A stretch of DNA of 64,000 nucleotides from Paragordius varius (Eukaryota; Animalia; Nematomorpha): contig OZ176059.1 of NCBI GenBank assembly GCA_964247055.1, forward strand, positions 1,116,001-1,180,000. Reading direction: 5' to 3'. A model generated the notes under the pieces. That model ran no database searches. It saw only the letters and a list, made by a program, of their open reading frames with translations, and was not told the origin of the DNA. Shown here piece after piece: positions 38,646-54,400 of the stretch (positions within the stretch are counted from its first letter, which is position 1; the number at the start of each line of letters is the position of its first letter). The position numbers were made by a program, and so were the translations under genes.

Positions 38646-39480
38646 GATAAAATTGAAAAATAATACAAGATAATCGCTTTTTTTTCTATCAATGTTAGAT
38701 GTGATTTAAATAAAAAAATAGCTTTAATTTAACCCTTAACACTAAAAAAAGACAACATTTTGCAAATATTTTGTAAATTAAAAATGACGTAGAAGTAATT
38801 TGACATGGAACTTTTTTCAAAACAAAATTTTATTTAGATATTTTGGCTATATAATTTTTATAAGGAAAGAAGCATAAATTTTTCTTTCGCTAGTTTTTTA
38901 AAAATCCTAACTCAAATTTAGTCTGGGGTATATTTACCCCAATTTGAATCAAGGTGTTAAATAAAAATTTTATCAAAAAAATTAATATATAAAATTTTGC
39001 TAAAAAATTAACAATGTTACCAAACAATATTTTAAGATTTTCGTTTTTTACCAAAGATTTCCGACGCCCTTCCCCCACACTTTTTTTACTCTTTTAATGA
39101 ATATTTAATACCATAGAGCTCTTGTTTTTCTATTTTTTACCAAATATTTATACCCATTTAACGAAAAAAAGTAAATTTTTGATAAAATAACAACATGACT
39201 GTAATAGCATTTATTATTATTTTTATCGCGCATTGGCTTTTTTGCATTTATTTGATGACTAGCCTATTTTACCGGAGTCAAAAAATGTCCAACTATATAG
39301 AGCAATAGTGCACATCAAAAATTGTTAATCTTGAGAATTAATTTGAACACTCATCGTCACAAATTATTTTCAATTCCAAATTTTTTCCTAATTAATGGTA
39401 AGAATTTCAGCATAAATCATTTTTTGATAGCCAGGAAAACTATAAAATTTTGTTTTACCTTGCAATTGGATGTTTTAAAC

Positions 39481-39735
39481 CAGGGGTGTTCAACATGCTC
39501 TGCCCTCCAAAATATTTTTGTATCCCGCAAAAATTTCAAATATAAAATTTTACAAAATCTAAGCAAAAATGATTTACTCAAATAAATTTTATTAACAAAT
39601 CCAATTTGGCATTAAATTGTTTCAATAAATAGTATAATAGTTTTAACAGTCTTATTATTATTATAAAAATCTAAAAAAATGTTTGTTAATTCCGATATAT
39701 TGCGGCGTAAAGCCATTTGTGTTAAACAACCCTTG
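39481..39735. mobile_element. hAT-type MITE
   Basis: CAGGGGTGTTCAAC ... TTAAACAACCCTTG. Confidence 0.6.
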
Positions 39736-40548
39736 TTCTAACGTGTTCCCCCCCCCCCCCCCCCTATGTAAATCGAATATCCGAATGTAATAAATGTGTT
39801 TTGGCTTTTAGATAATGAGTTGTGATTGGACTTATCAATTTATATAATAAAAATTAATTTTAAATGATTTATCATACAAGAAACAATGTTAAGATTACCC
39901 TAGAATCCGGTTCTAATATAAACCCATAATATTATAGCCAATCTGATTACGGTTTTAATTGAACATTAACCCAAATCGGAATTTATATTCTTCACATTGC
40001 AATAAATTTAAAAATTTATTTATTTATTTTTTACGATAGAAAAATTGTTTTGTATTGAAATCCACCAATAAGATGTATCATTGTATATTGCCCCATAAAA
40101 CATGATTAGGATGTGTTAATTCATAATAATACAAATAAATGTTAAAAATTTTCGATACTTTAAGGGTGTATATTATAAAGTTAGCTACATTTGTATATAA
40201 ATAATTTAACAAGGGTATTGAAAAAATTTAACAATATATGAGAAATAATTAATCGGCTATCAAAAGATTTCGTCGACATATGTATAAATATTATTTTCAT
40301 CAAATAATAATAATAATATATAAATAAGATTGTAGTGAGTAATGCCATAAAATAGGATGAAAAATCAAATTCAATATAAATTTGGTTAAGTGTGAATTAG
40401 AAAAATAGTATATTATTTGATATCTTTCAATTTAAAGCTTTTTTTCAATTACATGATTGAACATAAATGTAAATGATTGAAAAAACATCATTTGTAAATT
40501 GTGGCTTAATAAAGGGAACATTGATAAATTATATACACACATAATATA

Positions 40549-40775
40549 TAGTATGAGTAATTATACATTGCTAGAAAGTTATTAATTATTGCCAAATAGT
40601 GTATAAAGAAAAGGGCAGTATTATTGGCTTATATATATTTTTTTCACTTTTTACTATTGAAAACCAATAATAATTGTCTTTTTACTATTATTAGCCAATA
40701 ATAATTCTCTTTGCTACATATACTATTTGGCAATGATTATAATAACTTTCTAGCAATACATACTTACTCATACTG
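40549..40775. mobile_element. Family I MITE
   Basis: TIR (T)AGTATGAGTAA..TACATTGCTAGAAAGTTATT / AATAACTTTCTAGCAA..TACTTACTCATACTG-TA. Confidence 0.75.
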
Positions 40776-41133
40776 TATATATCAAACAAATATGGATTAC
40801 AGTGTGAATATCAATACATTGCTAGTTTTTTTGTTTACTATTGCCAGAAAGCGTTTACAGTAAAGAGCATTATATTTGTATTAAATTTAACGATAAAAAT
40901 ATGTTCAATACACCATATCAAGAATTGCTCTTCATCGTAGATGTTTTGTGAGTAGATATTTACTAAAAAAGTAGCAATGTATAGATGTTACGCATACTCT
41001 AATTCTTTATATTTATGTTAGTAAAAGAATAATATATAGATGAGTATTGCATAATAATATATAAGGACATATTTAACAAGTCAAGCAAGTGAGTGAGTGA
41101 GTGAAAGAGTATACTTAAAAACTAAACGAATCA

Positions 41134-44100
41134 TCACAAAGTTGATATTGTGATAGTTTTGATCTGAGTAAATGGGGTTAATGACGCATCTCCGCCCGGG
41201 GGACAGCTACTTCCTGTCGAGTTAAAACCACTTCCAAACGAACAATTTTCATGCAGGGCCGAATAACAATTTGTACTAGAATCCAAAAAAAATATATAAT
41301 GATCATTCATAATATAACACATTTAAGTTATTATTTAAACTTTTACGAAAACTGTAAAACAACAAAGAAAAGCCTGGTAATTTTACTAAAATGTAATTTT
41401 AATTATCTAACCGATATGATACGTTATTAAGGCTTTGAAAAATGGGGTTATGAGTTACTTAATCCCATATTTAACAAATACCTATGTGAAAAATGATGGT
41501 AAATAAAACAACATGAAATAAATTGATGTTTCTAACTTTATAACTCATTTTTCTAATTAAATTTTAGAATCCCCATTTTCAAATTTTACATTCCTCTTAT
41601 ATTAGTATGTATATATAAACCAGACAATTCTGCATAAGAAAACTTTTAAATTTAACAAAAATATGGTTATCACGTTTTATACCTGTCTGTAATTTTAGAA
41701 TTTTTATGTAAAAATAAATCAAAACCAAATATTTTTAATCCTGAGTGCAGATGCGATCATAAGTATGCGAGAAACATCATTGGTCAAAACTCCAGCTGAC
41801 GATATATATGTTGTGTCTAGGGAAGCATTTATGCGTTCAATCACCTCATCAGCTGTTTTGAAACAACTTATTAATTGCACCGGTCCCAATATCTTGGACA
41901 AAATAATAAAAATGAAATACATAAGTTAACCCATTATAATAAGGCACATATTTTAAAGAAACTGTATCACATTTATAAAATATATTAATATATAATATTT
42001 AATTAAGGAGTAAAAATGGAAAGACGATCTTTTTCAATAATTTTTGATATATATCTGTATTTTTCTGTTAAAAATAAAAAATGCATCATATAGTGTTATT
42101 AGAAATAATCTGTAATGATAAACATAAGCATTAGTGGCCATATTAATAACTTTTCACATTTAGTAAATTTTCAAAAAAAATATGTATATATATATATAGC
42201 CATGACTGATTATGAAAAAAAACGGTCATTTTTTTTAAAAAAAGTTAAAAATTTAAAAATATATTTTTTTCTTATAGTATTTACGATGATTATGGTTGTT
42301 TAACATAAGTTTAAATTTAATTAATCCAATGCTTTACATCTACGAATCAACCCTACCCTAAACCTTTTTATTTAGGCAAACAAAAAATTTAATTTACAAA
42401 AAAAATTAACAGAATCTTTCTTGGATTATTCAATTTGTTGTTATATAACAAATAAAAACTCAAATTTTCACGTTACATATTTTTATTAACATATTCTTTA
42501 TTTGTACACAACTTTACGCAAAATTGCTTTTGAAAATACGGTTGGTTAACTTTATAATAGGAACTGAAATTCTTTTTTTTATTTTACTTGTTAAAAATAG
42601 TAGCCCTATATAAAAAACTTAAATTTTACTTTAAATACCCCTTTTTTCTTTTAGCAAAACTTTATTATAAAATGCAAATTCAATTAACATAAAAACATTA
42701 AAAGATACAGTAAAATTTAAATTATACGGACAAAACCTAAAAATATAAAGACAAATGTTCGATTCTAAATGACAACCATAATTTTTAAACTTCATTCATT
42801 AAAAAAATAACTCATTATTTTAAATTGCAACGTATATGTATATATTGGTTAAACAATCAATTATATTATATTTTATTTGTAACTATATATTTTATATGAG
42901 AAAAAACTATTTATAAAAGTATGGTTGTCTTTTAGAAAAAAATATTTGTCTATAAATAAGAATTTCAGTTTTTACTGTTAATATATGTTTTATACCTCTT
43001 CGCTTGTAATAGACATGGTATCAGTAACTTCGCTAAAAACCGTAGGTTGCATGAAATAACCCTTACCATCTATTCGATGGCCCCCTACCTCAAGAATTGC
43101 ACCTTGTTCTATGCCCATTTCAATTTGATCACATAACTGATCACATGAACGTTCACTAATCTACATAATAATCGTAATAATCGCAATAAAAAATCATCAA
43201 AGTTGGATGGATGGATGGATATATACAGTAATCAACATTGAAAATGTATAGAATTTAAAAGACAAATATATATTTTTTTTTGAAATAGAGATAATCACAC
43301 TTGTCTAACCTTAATACTTAACACATAAAATAATTTAGTACAATTTTGATATATATATATATATATATATATATATTGCGTGTTAACATTTGACACCGTT
43401 GTTTTTAATATTGAGACCCAAAAACGGTATATATATATATAAATAAATTAAGGTTTAAACAATATGGTAGTAGGTTGTCTTTTTAAAAATATTTGTCATT
43501 TATTATTTTTATGTGATTTGTCTGTATAATTTCATTATTAATCTAAATCTACTCCCCGGTTAAATTTAAAGTCGGTTTAAGAATTTAGTTGTTTTACATA
43601 AACGCTGCTGTAGAATTTCAAAATAAATGCTTGACTTTTAACTTAAATTTTAGGTTTAATTATAAAATTGCATGATGATCAATATAAGCTTAAAGTTTAT
43701 TATAGGGAGGAGGGGGGGGGGGGTCCACGGTAATCGAAAAAAAATATATATCATTTTTAAACATTTTTGTTTATTAAAATCTATAAATTATTAAAAACCC
43801 CAGGGATGGTAGTATCTTATGAGTTAAAGTTAAGATCAGAAAAATCTGAATATCTTTTATTATTTGAAACATTGAAAAAGATACCACGGTGTATATGGCA
43901 ACTTTTTGGATATTGTAGCGTTTTAAATAAATTAATCAATGAGAATTTAACAAAAGATTACTGTTTATATGATATATAAAAACAAATTTTAACATTTTTT
44001 ACGACAAAATTCCACATAATCGATAAACTAAAAAAGTTCAAAAAAATCTATAGTATATTTAGGAAATACCTGTGGTCCAAAACTTTTATTCGTGTCAAAC

Positions 44101-45356
44101 GGGTCACCCAACGCATCCGTTACGAGTTTAAGGGCCCGATCGCGAGACTTTATAACGAAATCTTCGTAAATGGTTTCTTGAACATAGGTTCGATTTCTAG
44201 CGGTTTTACTTTGTCCTTGGTTAGCGAAGGCGGCATCTTGGGCCTTTTGTACGGCAAAATCAACTATATTTGGATAAAATAAAAAGTAAAAGACAAACAA
44301 ACATTTATTAACATTTATCATTTATACTTACTACTTTCTTAAATTTTTTGATATAATTTGCACTTCAAGAGTGTCTTTGAACTCAAGTTTGGTCTTTCAA
44401 CGCTTCAAGTTGGTCTTTAAAATTTTAAGTTTTGATTTAACTAAATTTTTGCACTGTTTTTTATTTAGAAATCACTTTTTAATTTTTTCTAATTTGGCAA
44501 AATTATAAGCTTATTTATATATTATTTAAATTAATATTCAATGAATAAATAAAGATATACGTTTCTGAATGATTAAAAGTTGATATTGATTTAAAGTTTT
44601 TGTTAAATAATAGAAAGTAGGTTAAAAACGATAAAATGATGAATGATATACGATGTGATTGATAAAAGTTATTTAAACAAAACAATTAATATCAAGGACC
44701 AACTTGAAGTGTTCAAGGACACATAAAATATATAAAATAGTACACTAATATTCATATTTCACAATGATGATTATATATAGGTCATTTAAAATATATTAAG
44801 GATCAATATATATTTATATATACGGTTTTATATTTTTTTATTATATAAATTACTGTCAAAAAAATAAGATGGGCAAAAAGTAAGAATTTTTGAATGAAAT
44901 TACCATTATATTTTATTTGTGTCATGTCTGTTAAGAAAATGAATTTATGATATCGATATAATAAATATATTGATCTATTATTTATTTATATAAATAAAAA
45001 ATTTTTTAATTTTTGCCAATAAATTTTATGTAACAAATTTAAAAATTATAATAGCGATATAATAAATATATTTAGCTATTAATAAAAAAAATTCAAATTT
45101 TTGTGAATAAATTTTATATAACAAATATAAAAATTATTAATGTATAAATATTCTAATCTTTAAACTGACAATCATTTTACTGTACAAGATAATATTATAA
45201 AAGTGATGTGAAACTTTTTTTTAGAAAATATCTAAATAAAGAAGCGTACCATCAACATCATCAAATATAATGGTAGGACTTTGGCCAATTATTTCAAGTA
45301 ATATACTTTTGTTGATACTGCTTTCATTAGCAGCCTTGTGTATTTCCTTACCAATC

Positions 45357-45406
<50 letters not shown>

Positions 45407-48400
45407 GCATTAAATGGTTGCTTATTTCACACTATAGTAGGGGGCAATTGGCAACACAGTAGTGTATGGGAAAACACAACAAAATGTTGAATAAACAATC
45501 TTTTCCTTTCTTTTTTTCCATACCCTACTGGGTTCGAATTGCCCCCTACTATAGTGTGAAATAAGCAACCATTAAAATGCATACTGTATATTCATGAATA
45601 GATAAATTATTTATTTATATATTATCATATAAATAAATAGAATTTAAATTTTTATTTTATAAAAGTATAAAAAAATATTTATTTATTTTATTATATAATA
45701 GAGCACACAAACTTTTTCTTCATAAAACCTTAAAATAATAAAAAATATATTGTAATAGCATATTATTAGGAAATAGTAACATCCAGTGACTAATTCCTAA
45801 TTTCGCAAAAAAAATCAATAAATATCAAACTGATTGATTCTACTTTGATATTTAAATAATTATATATTACGTTACCAATTTCCTTTAACAAAGGATTAAA
45901 AAAGTATAACTGCTGCCTTTATACATGTCCAAATTCTACTACGTTTTTGTCTCTTTATAACTTTATTAAAAAATTCATTTATCAAATTTATTAAGGATAT
46001 GATAACCAATAAAAAATTAAATATATAAATATTTATTAAATTTGAGGAATTTATTTATAAAAAAATTCAAAACAATTTAAATTTTAACCTTAGCAGTACC
46101 AGCGTATGATAAGAGAGCTACTTTGGGGTGTATAGCAAGGGCTTTGTTAGCAACTTCACCCAAAGAGGGGACCACACTCAAAACTCCGGGCGGGAAACCA
46201 GACTATATAAATATATAACCATTTAGAGTTCAAATTCACCCTTAAACAATTCAAATTCACCCTTGAACAATTCAAATTCCCCCTTAAACAGTTTATATTC
46301 ACCCTTAAACAATTCAAATTCCCCTTTAAACAATTCAAATTCCCCCTTAAACAATTCAAATTCACTTTTAAACAATTCAAATTCACCCTTAAACAGTTCA
46401 AATTCACTTTTGAACAATTCAAATTTAAACAATTTAAATTCACCCTTAAACAGTTCAAATTCACTTTTGAACAATTCAAATTGACCCTTAAACAATTTAA
46501 ATTCACCCTTCAATTCAAATTCACCCTTTAACAATTCTAATCAAGTATTTTTTAAGATTAAAAATTAATTAAATTTTTTATCATTTAAAAATAAAATTTG
46601 TTTAAAATTAAAATATGACTGAAAATTTAATAGACTGCCCCCCATCAAGACATATTTCATATTAATAATGAGTTATATTAACCCGAAAACACATAACTTT
46701 TTTAGGAGGGTGAATTAGAAATGTAAATGATATATATGTATATGTAAATAAAAGTAAAAATGAATATTAAAAATTGATTAATTAATTATATGGGTAAAAA
46801 GTGATATACATGAATATTATAAACTCTTTTTTCTTAAAAATTTTTTGGCATAAATTGGAAAAAAACTGTACAGCTAATAAAAATATAAATGTATAAATAT
46901 AATTTATTAAAAAAACCAAATTTATAATGTTCTCCCCATTGGTGGAGTAATCCAAAGTATGGTCATGTATGTATTTTTACAGTTAAATTAAAATTTTATA
47001 TTTGCTATTTTATTTTATCAATATTCTATACCTATAGCTGATAAAAACATTTTTATTTTTCAAAATTACAAAAAAATGTATAATTTAAATATAATATAAG
47101 ACCTGTTTTAATAGATGGGCCAGGTATAAACTGGTGAGTGTAGTTTCCTCAGCGGGTTTTATAACTACGGTACAACCGACCGCTATAGCGGGTGCCATTA
47201 CATTTATAAACATGACGATTGGATGGGTATGCTATGTTATATAAAAAATTATGTTTAAAATTTTAATGCACAGTAATAATATAATTTTTATAGTAAAAAA
47301 AAGATGAAATTATAAAATGACAAATTATAAAAACTAAAAGACAAATTTATCCAAAACCAACCATACTTTATAAATACTTTTTTCTGAAAATCTATATAAT
47401 TACAAATCAGTATGTGATTAAATGTATTACTAATTTACATCTCTAATCCATGTTTTTGTAACCAAAAACACAATATAATTATACTAAATAAATTAAGGTT
47501 AAAACATATGACTCTTTCCTGACTTCAAAAGCCAACATGTTTTGTCTCTATAAATTTAATACCTATGAAAAAAAGAACTATCATTTTTAGTAGTTTAATT
47601 CAAATTTTTGGATTCAAAAAAACTCTCTTAATTTAATTTTTAATAAATATACCATTTTACAATTCACCTTAAATAATTCAAATTAACCCATGAACAATTG
47701 AAAATTCACTTCAAGATTATATGTTTTGTAAGATTAAAAATAACCTATATTTTTATATATTTTTTAAAAAAAGGTTTTGTTTAAGTTTAAATAATACTGA
47801 AAAAATTAATAAACTATGCCATGAAGATATATTTTATATTAATAATGAGTTAAATTAGTTCGAAAACACATAATTTATGTTTAGGGTGAATTTGAACCAA
47901 TTGTTCAGGGTGAATTTAAACTGCTCAAGGGTATATTTCAAAACTGATTTTCAAAAATTCCTTCTTTAAGAATTCAAAACCATTTTTAAATCATAATTTT
48001 ACTGGTAAAATAGCTGCGACAACTCCAATGGGTTCCCGTTTAGTGAAAGAAACAAATCCTAAACCATTGCATGTCCCTGTACCAGGTAGCGTTTGCCCCG
48101 TTAATTTATCACACCATCCTTATGTGGAAATTAAAAAAATTAAAATTATAAAAATTAAAATTACTTTAATATGCTAAAAAATATAATTTTATTGAATATA
48201 ATTTTGAGAATATATATTAAATCAAAATCTAAGCATAAATATAAAAAAAAATCCAAGCTTAATTATAAAAAAAACATATAAAAATATAAATTTAAGGGGA
48301 AAATAGAAAAAATGATAAATGCAATAAAAAATAAAGTAAAAAATATAAAGACAAATCATAGGCTAAAAAAAGGGCTATATTTTTATAAAAAAATAATTTC

Positions 48401-51400
48401 AACCTTGATTCTTTGGAATTTATAAAACTTATTATAATTTTATGTTGCATAATATAATATAAAGTCATATAGATGTAAATTCAAATAACTAATTGTATTT
48501 ACAGTTGTGAATTAATTATAAATAAAAAACATTAAAAAATATTGTACAGAATAAAATAATTATAATGTTAAATTTATTATATAATCATACAACAAAAAAA
48601 GTGTTATGCTACTATTTTTTCAAGAAAATAAGTCATATTTTTTACATTTATTATATTTTACCTATATATAAAGAATGGTGAAACATAAATTAAATTAATT
48701 ACCAATATTATTTGAAAAATATTGGAAAAAAACATATTTTTTGTCTGTAATATTCCACACAAAAAAATAAGAGAATAAAATTTTCGACCATTAGTTTTGG
48801 TGTATATGTAATAAAAAACCTGCATAATATCTCAATGTTTCAGTTGCATGTAACGTTTCAGTTACCGCTTCTTTAAACGGTTTCCCCGCATCCAATGATT
48901 CTAAACTCTGTAATAAAAAAATAAAAATAAAAATTTTTTTATTAGTTGTCTATTTTCAATGCAAATAATAAATAAAGACTGTTTCTTTGCATAACCAAAA
49001 AAAATTTTTTTTGTAATTAAATGTTGTTATATGGGTGTTAAATGTATAAAATTATTGGAAACAGCTTTATCACTCCCATTACCTTTTGGGGTATTTTTAT
49101 ATCCCAATGCCATTTATAATTTCAATAACTTAAAAAGTATTTAAGGTTGTAAGCCGAATTAAAAAATATGCTTACTTTAGCCTTTTAAACATATTATACA
49201 AAAGTTTTTTAGAAAAACGTAAAATTGCAAAAAATCCCCGTCTAAACACATTTTTTGCCGCCATTCTTTTCAATAATTTATTTAAATCGCTAATGCAACA
49301 GACAAATATATGTATATTATGGTTGCGAAAATATAAATAATTAACTTTAAAGAGCTTTTAGGCTATATTTTATCAGCAAAAACTTGATATATTTTGGTTT
49401 TAATATCAGCTGTTAATTTCCTTCGTGTTTTGGAGCTGTCCCAATTTTAGGCTCTAAAAGTCACAAAACTCCAAAAAATATAAGCTTTTTCATCTAATAC
49501 AGAGAACAATGTTTGATAAAATTTAGTTAAAACTGTAGTTTATTTGAAATTGAGCTCGGGGACATAAAACTACCCCAAAATGTATAAAATAGGACGAAAA
49601 AAGAGTAAAAAGGCAATAAAGTGTTATAATAATATTACGTTATAAGACAAATATTTTAACTTTCATTGTACTTATTAGGCCTTTGTAAATATATATTATT
49701 TTGAAGGATCATTATTATAAAAATAAAAAATAAAATATACCGCTAGAAGCGATGTATTTTCCATCATTAGGTCCGCTAAACGCATCATAAGAGCGGCCCG
49801 ACGAGCGGGTGTAACACCACGCCACAATGAACGCGGTTTGAAGGCCATATAGGCTGATTCGACTGCCTCATCAATATCCTCCTATATAATGTATGAAAAA
49901 TATGATGTTACATACAGTAAGTATATTATGGATATGTGTATATACCATTTACAGTTCAAATTCACCCTTAAACAATTCAAATTCACCTTGAACAATTCAA
50001 ATTCACCCTAAAAATAAATTATGTGTTTATGAACTAATACAACTCATTATTAATATGAAATATATGTTTATGGTATAGTTTATGATTTTTTCAGTATTAT
50101 TTTAATTTAAAACAAAATTTTTATTCTTAAAAAAATATATAAAATATAGGTGTTTTTAATCTTAAAAAACATATATTTTATTTGAGAGTGAATTTGAATT
50201 GTTCGAGGGTGAATTTGAATTGTTCGAGAGTGAATTTAAATTGTTTAAGGTGAAATTGAATTGTAAATGGTATATACAACTAAGCTTGTTTTTTAAAAAA
50301 AAAACATTTTTTTATTCTTTTATGGACTTATAATGTTTTATGCCATACGCTACTGTAAAAACATAAAAAAAGTGAAAAAAGTAATATATTTTTTACTGTG
50401 TGACACTATAAAATCTATCCTTTTTCCATATGTACAGTAAATACTGAACATTAAAAAAAGGAATACAGTAGCGTATGGCATAAAACATTATGAGTCCATA
50501 AAAGGATAAAAAATGTTTTTTTTAAAAAAACAACAAGCCTAGTTGTATATACACATATCCATAATACCCCTTGTTTTTTTAAAAAAACACATTTTTTTAT
50601 TTTTTTATGGATCAATATTGTTTTATGCCATACGCAACTGTATATTTTTTACTGTGTGACACTAAAAACTATCCTTTTTCCATATGTACAGTAAATACTG
50701 AAAATTAATATCAAGTATTTTAACTAATAAATCCTAATGACATGAGATTATTGAAGCTATTGTAATACAAAAATTAAAAATGATACGGGGGATATTTTAA
50801 ATTACTTGATATTTATATATTTTGATTTACAGTAATCTCGATTAGTTTTATAAATGATTATAGAGATGTGATAACATACTTTTAATTTATTTTATTAATA
50901 AAATTTGTATTTACAGTAGCGTATGCAGTAAAAGATTGTTAGTGCAAAATAATCTTAATAGGGGGATATTATGGATATGTTTATAAATAGGACTTTAATA
51001 TATGAAAATTGTCCCCCTGTTTTGTGTTCATTAAGATTATTTTGCACTAACAATCTTTTACTACATACGCCACTGTATATAGATCAGGGAAATATCTTCG
51101 CGGATGCTTTAATAATTTTTGGTTATTTTTTTTTTCATTTATTTTAAGCCGAATTCTGGATGATATACCATTTACAGTTCAAATTCACCCTTGAACAATT
51201 CAAATTCACCCTAAAAATAGATTATGTGTTTTCAAACTAATATAACTCATTATTATTAATATAAAATATATCTTTATGGCATAGTTTATTATTTTTTCAG
51301 TATTATTTTAATTTAAAACAAAATTTTATTTTTTAAAAATATATTAAAATATAGGTAATTTTTAATCTTACAAAACATGTTATTTATTTGAGGGTGAATT

Positions 51401-54400
51401 TGAATTGTTCAAGGGTTTTGAATTGTTCAAGGGTGAATTTGAATTGTTTAAGGGTGAATTTGAACTGTAAATGGTATATATTTTCTAAATCATCAGGGGT
51501 GGTGTCCAACACAAATGGCTTCCCGTGTCGTAATTTAAACACGAAAAAAAACGGCAAACCGCATTGGAAATAAATATATGCGCCTTCACATATAATGTAA
51601 AATTGTAAAATGCACAGGAATATAACATTTTTTTCTAATTTTTACCAAAATTGAATAGATAAAATTAGAAAAATCGTCTTAGAATTGTAAATGTTAATTT
51701 TACTAAGATTTATAAGCATGAGTTCTCGTAAACCCGTGTGTTGGTCACCCCTCTTCGAAATAATGGTAATAATTAAATAGTTTATTACTTTTTTTAACAT
51801 TTTTTAGAGCACACATTTGCGTACATTGAAAAAAAGCGTGTTGGACATCCCTGATATAAATTACAATGTTCACAATATATGGCCAAGGGTGGCCTTTAAA
51901 AGATTAACATTAATTAACTATATTAATTTCAACAGATGAGAGAACTAATTAAATTATAAACTACAAAACACTAATGTATATAGATATCAATATTCCTTAT
52001 TTTACAAATCAACATGATAGATTACATATAGATATTTAAAAAAGTTTTAAAAACTATCTTTCCTTAGATAATATTTGTCTTTGGGTTTTTGCGTTTTGTC
52101 GTTATAATTTTAATGATGAATTTATTGTAAAAATGTGAAAATAACAATAATAATAATATAAGGGTAAGTAATTAATTTAAGGCAAAAAACCTATTTTGTT
52201 CTTTCCATATATTTTTTACCATGATTACATTGGGTTGAATTAGGGAATAGAAATTTTTATTGATAACCTACACTCAGTTTTATAATTGTAGCCCATATAG
52301 CTAATGAAAATGAATCGAAAAAAAAAATGTTCTTATCCATTAAATAAATACTCATTTTTTATCATTTTTTATAGAAATTATTAATTCCGGTTACATTTAC
52401 TTAACATTAAATTGGAACGATGTAAAATTTATAGTTTATCTTTTATACTGCATTAATAAGGTTAGATTATATTATTCAAGTTATATTTAACATATCAGGT
52501 TATTCAAATATTATCCTTTAAGAAATTCATTAATTAATACATTGCAAAATAATATGTCTTATATGTATCAGAATAATAAACCATTTGATATGCTTAAACC
52601 TATAATCTAAAAACTGAAATTATACGGGCAAAACGTAAAAATATAAAGACAACTATTTTATTCTAAAAAACAACCATACTTTTTTAAATATAAATTTTTC
52701 CCATTTAAATGATTTATTTACAATTATTAAATATATGATTGATAGTGTTACCAATATATCTTTCTATTTCATACTTTGCAATTTTATTAAAATTGTAAAA
52801 AATCAAGATTTAAAAAGTATGGTTGTCTTTTAAAAAAATATGTTTATCTTTATATTTTTTTGTCCGTATAACTTCAATTTCAATACGGCAATATACGCAA
52901 TCATACTAAATTAGATTGTAGATGGATTAATAATTATTAAAATATAATAAAATTATTACAATTCGTTCGTATTTTACAATATAAATTAAATCTTAAAAAA
53001 AACCTGGCCTCCAATATCAATTTCACAAATTTTTTCTTCAGTGGCAGGGTTTCTCGTACTCATTTTTCCGCCCTTTATAGCATCGTGCCAATCATTGTTG
53101 TAAAAAATCTAGAATTATCATAAATTAGTCATATCAAACATCTCGTTTTCATGAAAAAATGGTAAATTTTTGTATTGACAGTTCAAATTCACCCTTAAAC
53201 AGTTCAAATACACCCTCGAAAAATTCACCCACAATTCAAATTCACCCAGAACAATTCAAATTTAACCTAAAATAAATTAGGTGTTAATAAATTGTTCAAA
53301 ATTAAAATAATACTGAAAAATAATAAACAATGCCAAGATATATTTCATATTAATGATGAGTTAGTTATATTAGCCCGAAAACACATAATTTATTTTTGGG
53401 AATTTGAATTTTAAATGGTATATATATATATATATATATAATATGTATATTATATATATGTATATTAGTTGTATAAAATAAACTATTTAAACCTCAAATA
53501 TACCCTAGTACAACAAATTCACCCTAATAAATGATGTGTTGAATTAATATAACTCATCATTAATAGCTATTTCTTTAATTTTTTTAGTATTATGTTAATT
53601 TTAAACAAAATATTTTTTATAATAAAAAATATAGGTAATTTTTATAATTTGAAAACACATCAATTATTTTGGTAAATTTGAATTGTTCAAAGGCGTTGAA
53701 TTGTCCAAGAGAAAATTTGAGCTGTATATGATATATATATAAATAAAAATTTCCTTAAATTTTAATTCTTAACAAATAATATCTTTCTTTGTAAAACATA
53801 AATAAAATTTGGATGAAGCCAAATAACTGTAACTGTAAACTAAAATATCATACATCCTTTTAACAATACATGGTTTAGGGATTTAGGAAATAAAATATTT
53901 TCTTGGTATATCTAGTATAAAGAATAAATTTTAATAATATGGTATAAACTTTTATATTAAGTTTTTTTGAGACAAACACCTGATATATTATTTTGACACT
54001 TGGATACAACACATTCATTTTAGTCCTTCGATTCAAATTAGAGTAGTTAAATACCCCAAACCTGCTTAAGATTAAATTCTTTAAAAAATATGGGAGGAAT
54101 CAAAACCATGGCTAAATTTTGCACTTATATAACATTAATAAACCGAAATATATAAAAAAAAATTATTTAAAAATTGATATTACTTTTTTAAGCTAAAACC
54201 AAAAGGTAAAAATTTACTCAACGTGGTATGTCAATGGTAAAATTGACAAATTGAAAAATAATACAAAAACCGCTTTTTGTAATTCTATCAATGTTAGATG
54301 TAATTTAAATAAAAAAATAGCTTTTATTTAACCCTTAAAATTAAATATAGACGATATTTTGCAAAAAATTTGTAAAATAAAAATGGCGTTGAAATAGTTT

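Noticed and set aside
46156-46534. Three overlapping repetitive ORFs (LNCLRVN, FELFKGE, NNSNSPL)
   Set aside because: Translations of a 21-bp MITE array; open because 21 is a multiple of 3.
48050-48085. 24-nt in-frame GT..AG stretch in ALDH exon 5 as a micro-intron
   Set aside because: GC content is exon-like, the frame is open either way, and removal leaves the loop shorter than in homologues; only RNA-seq can decide.
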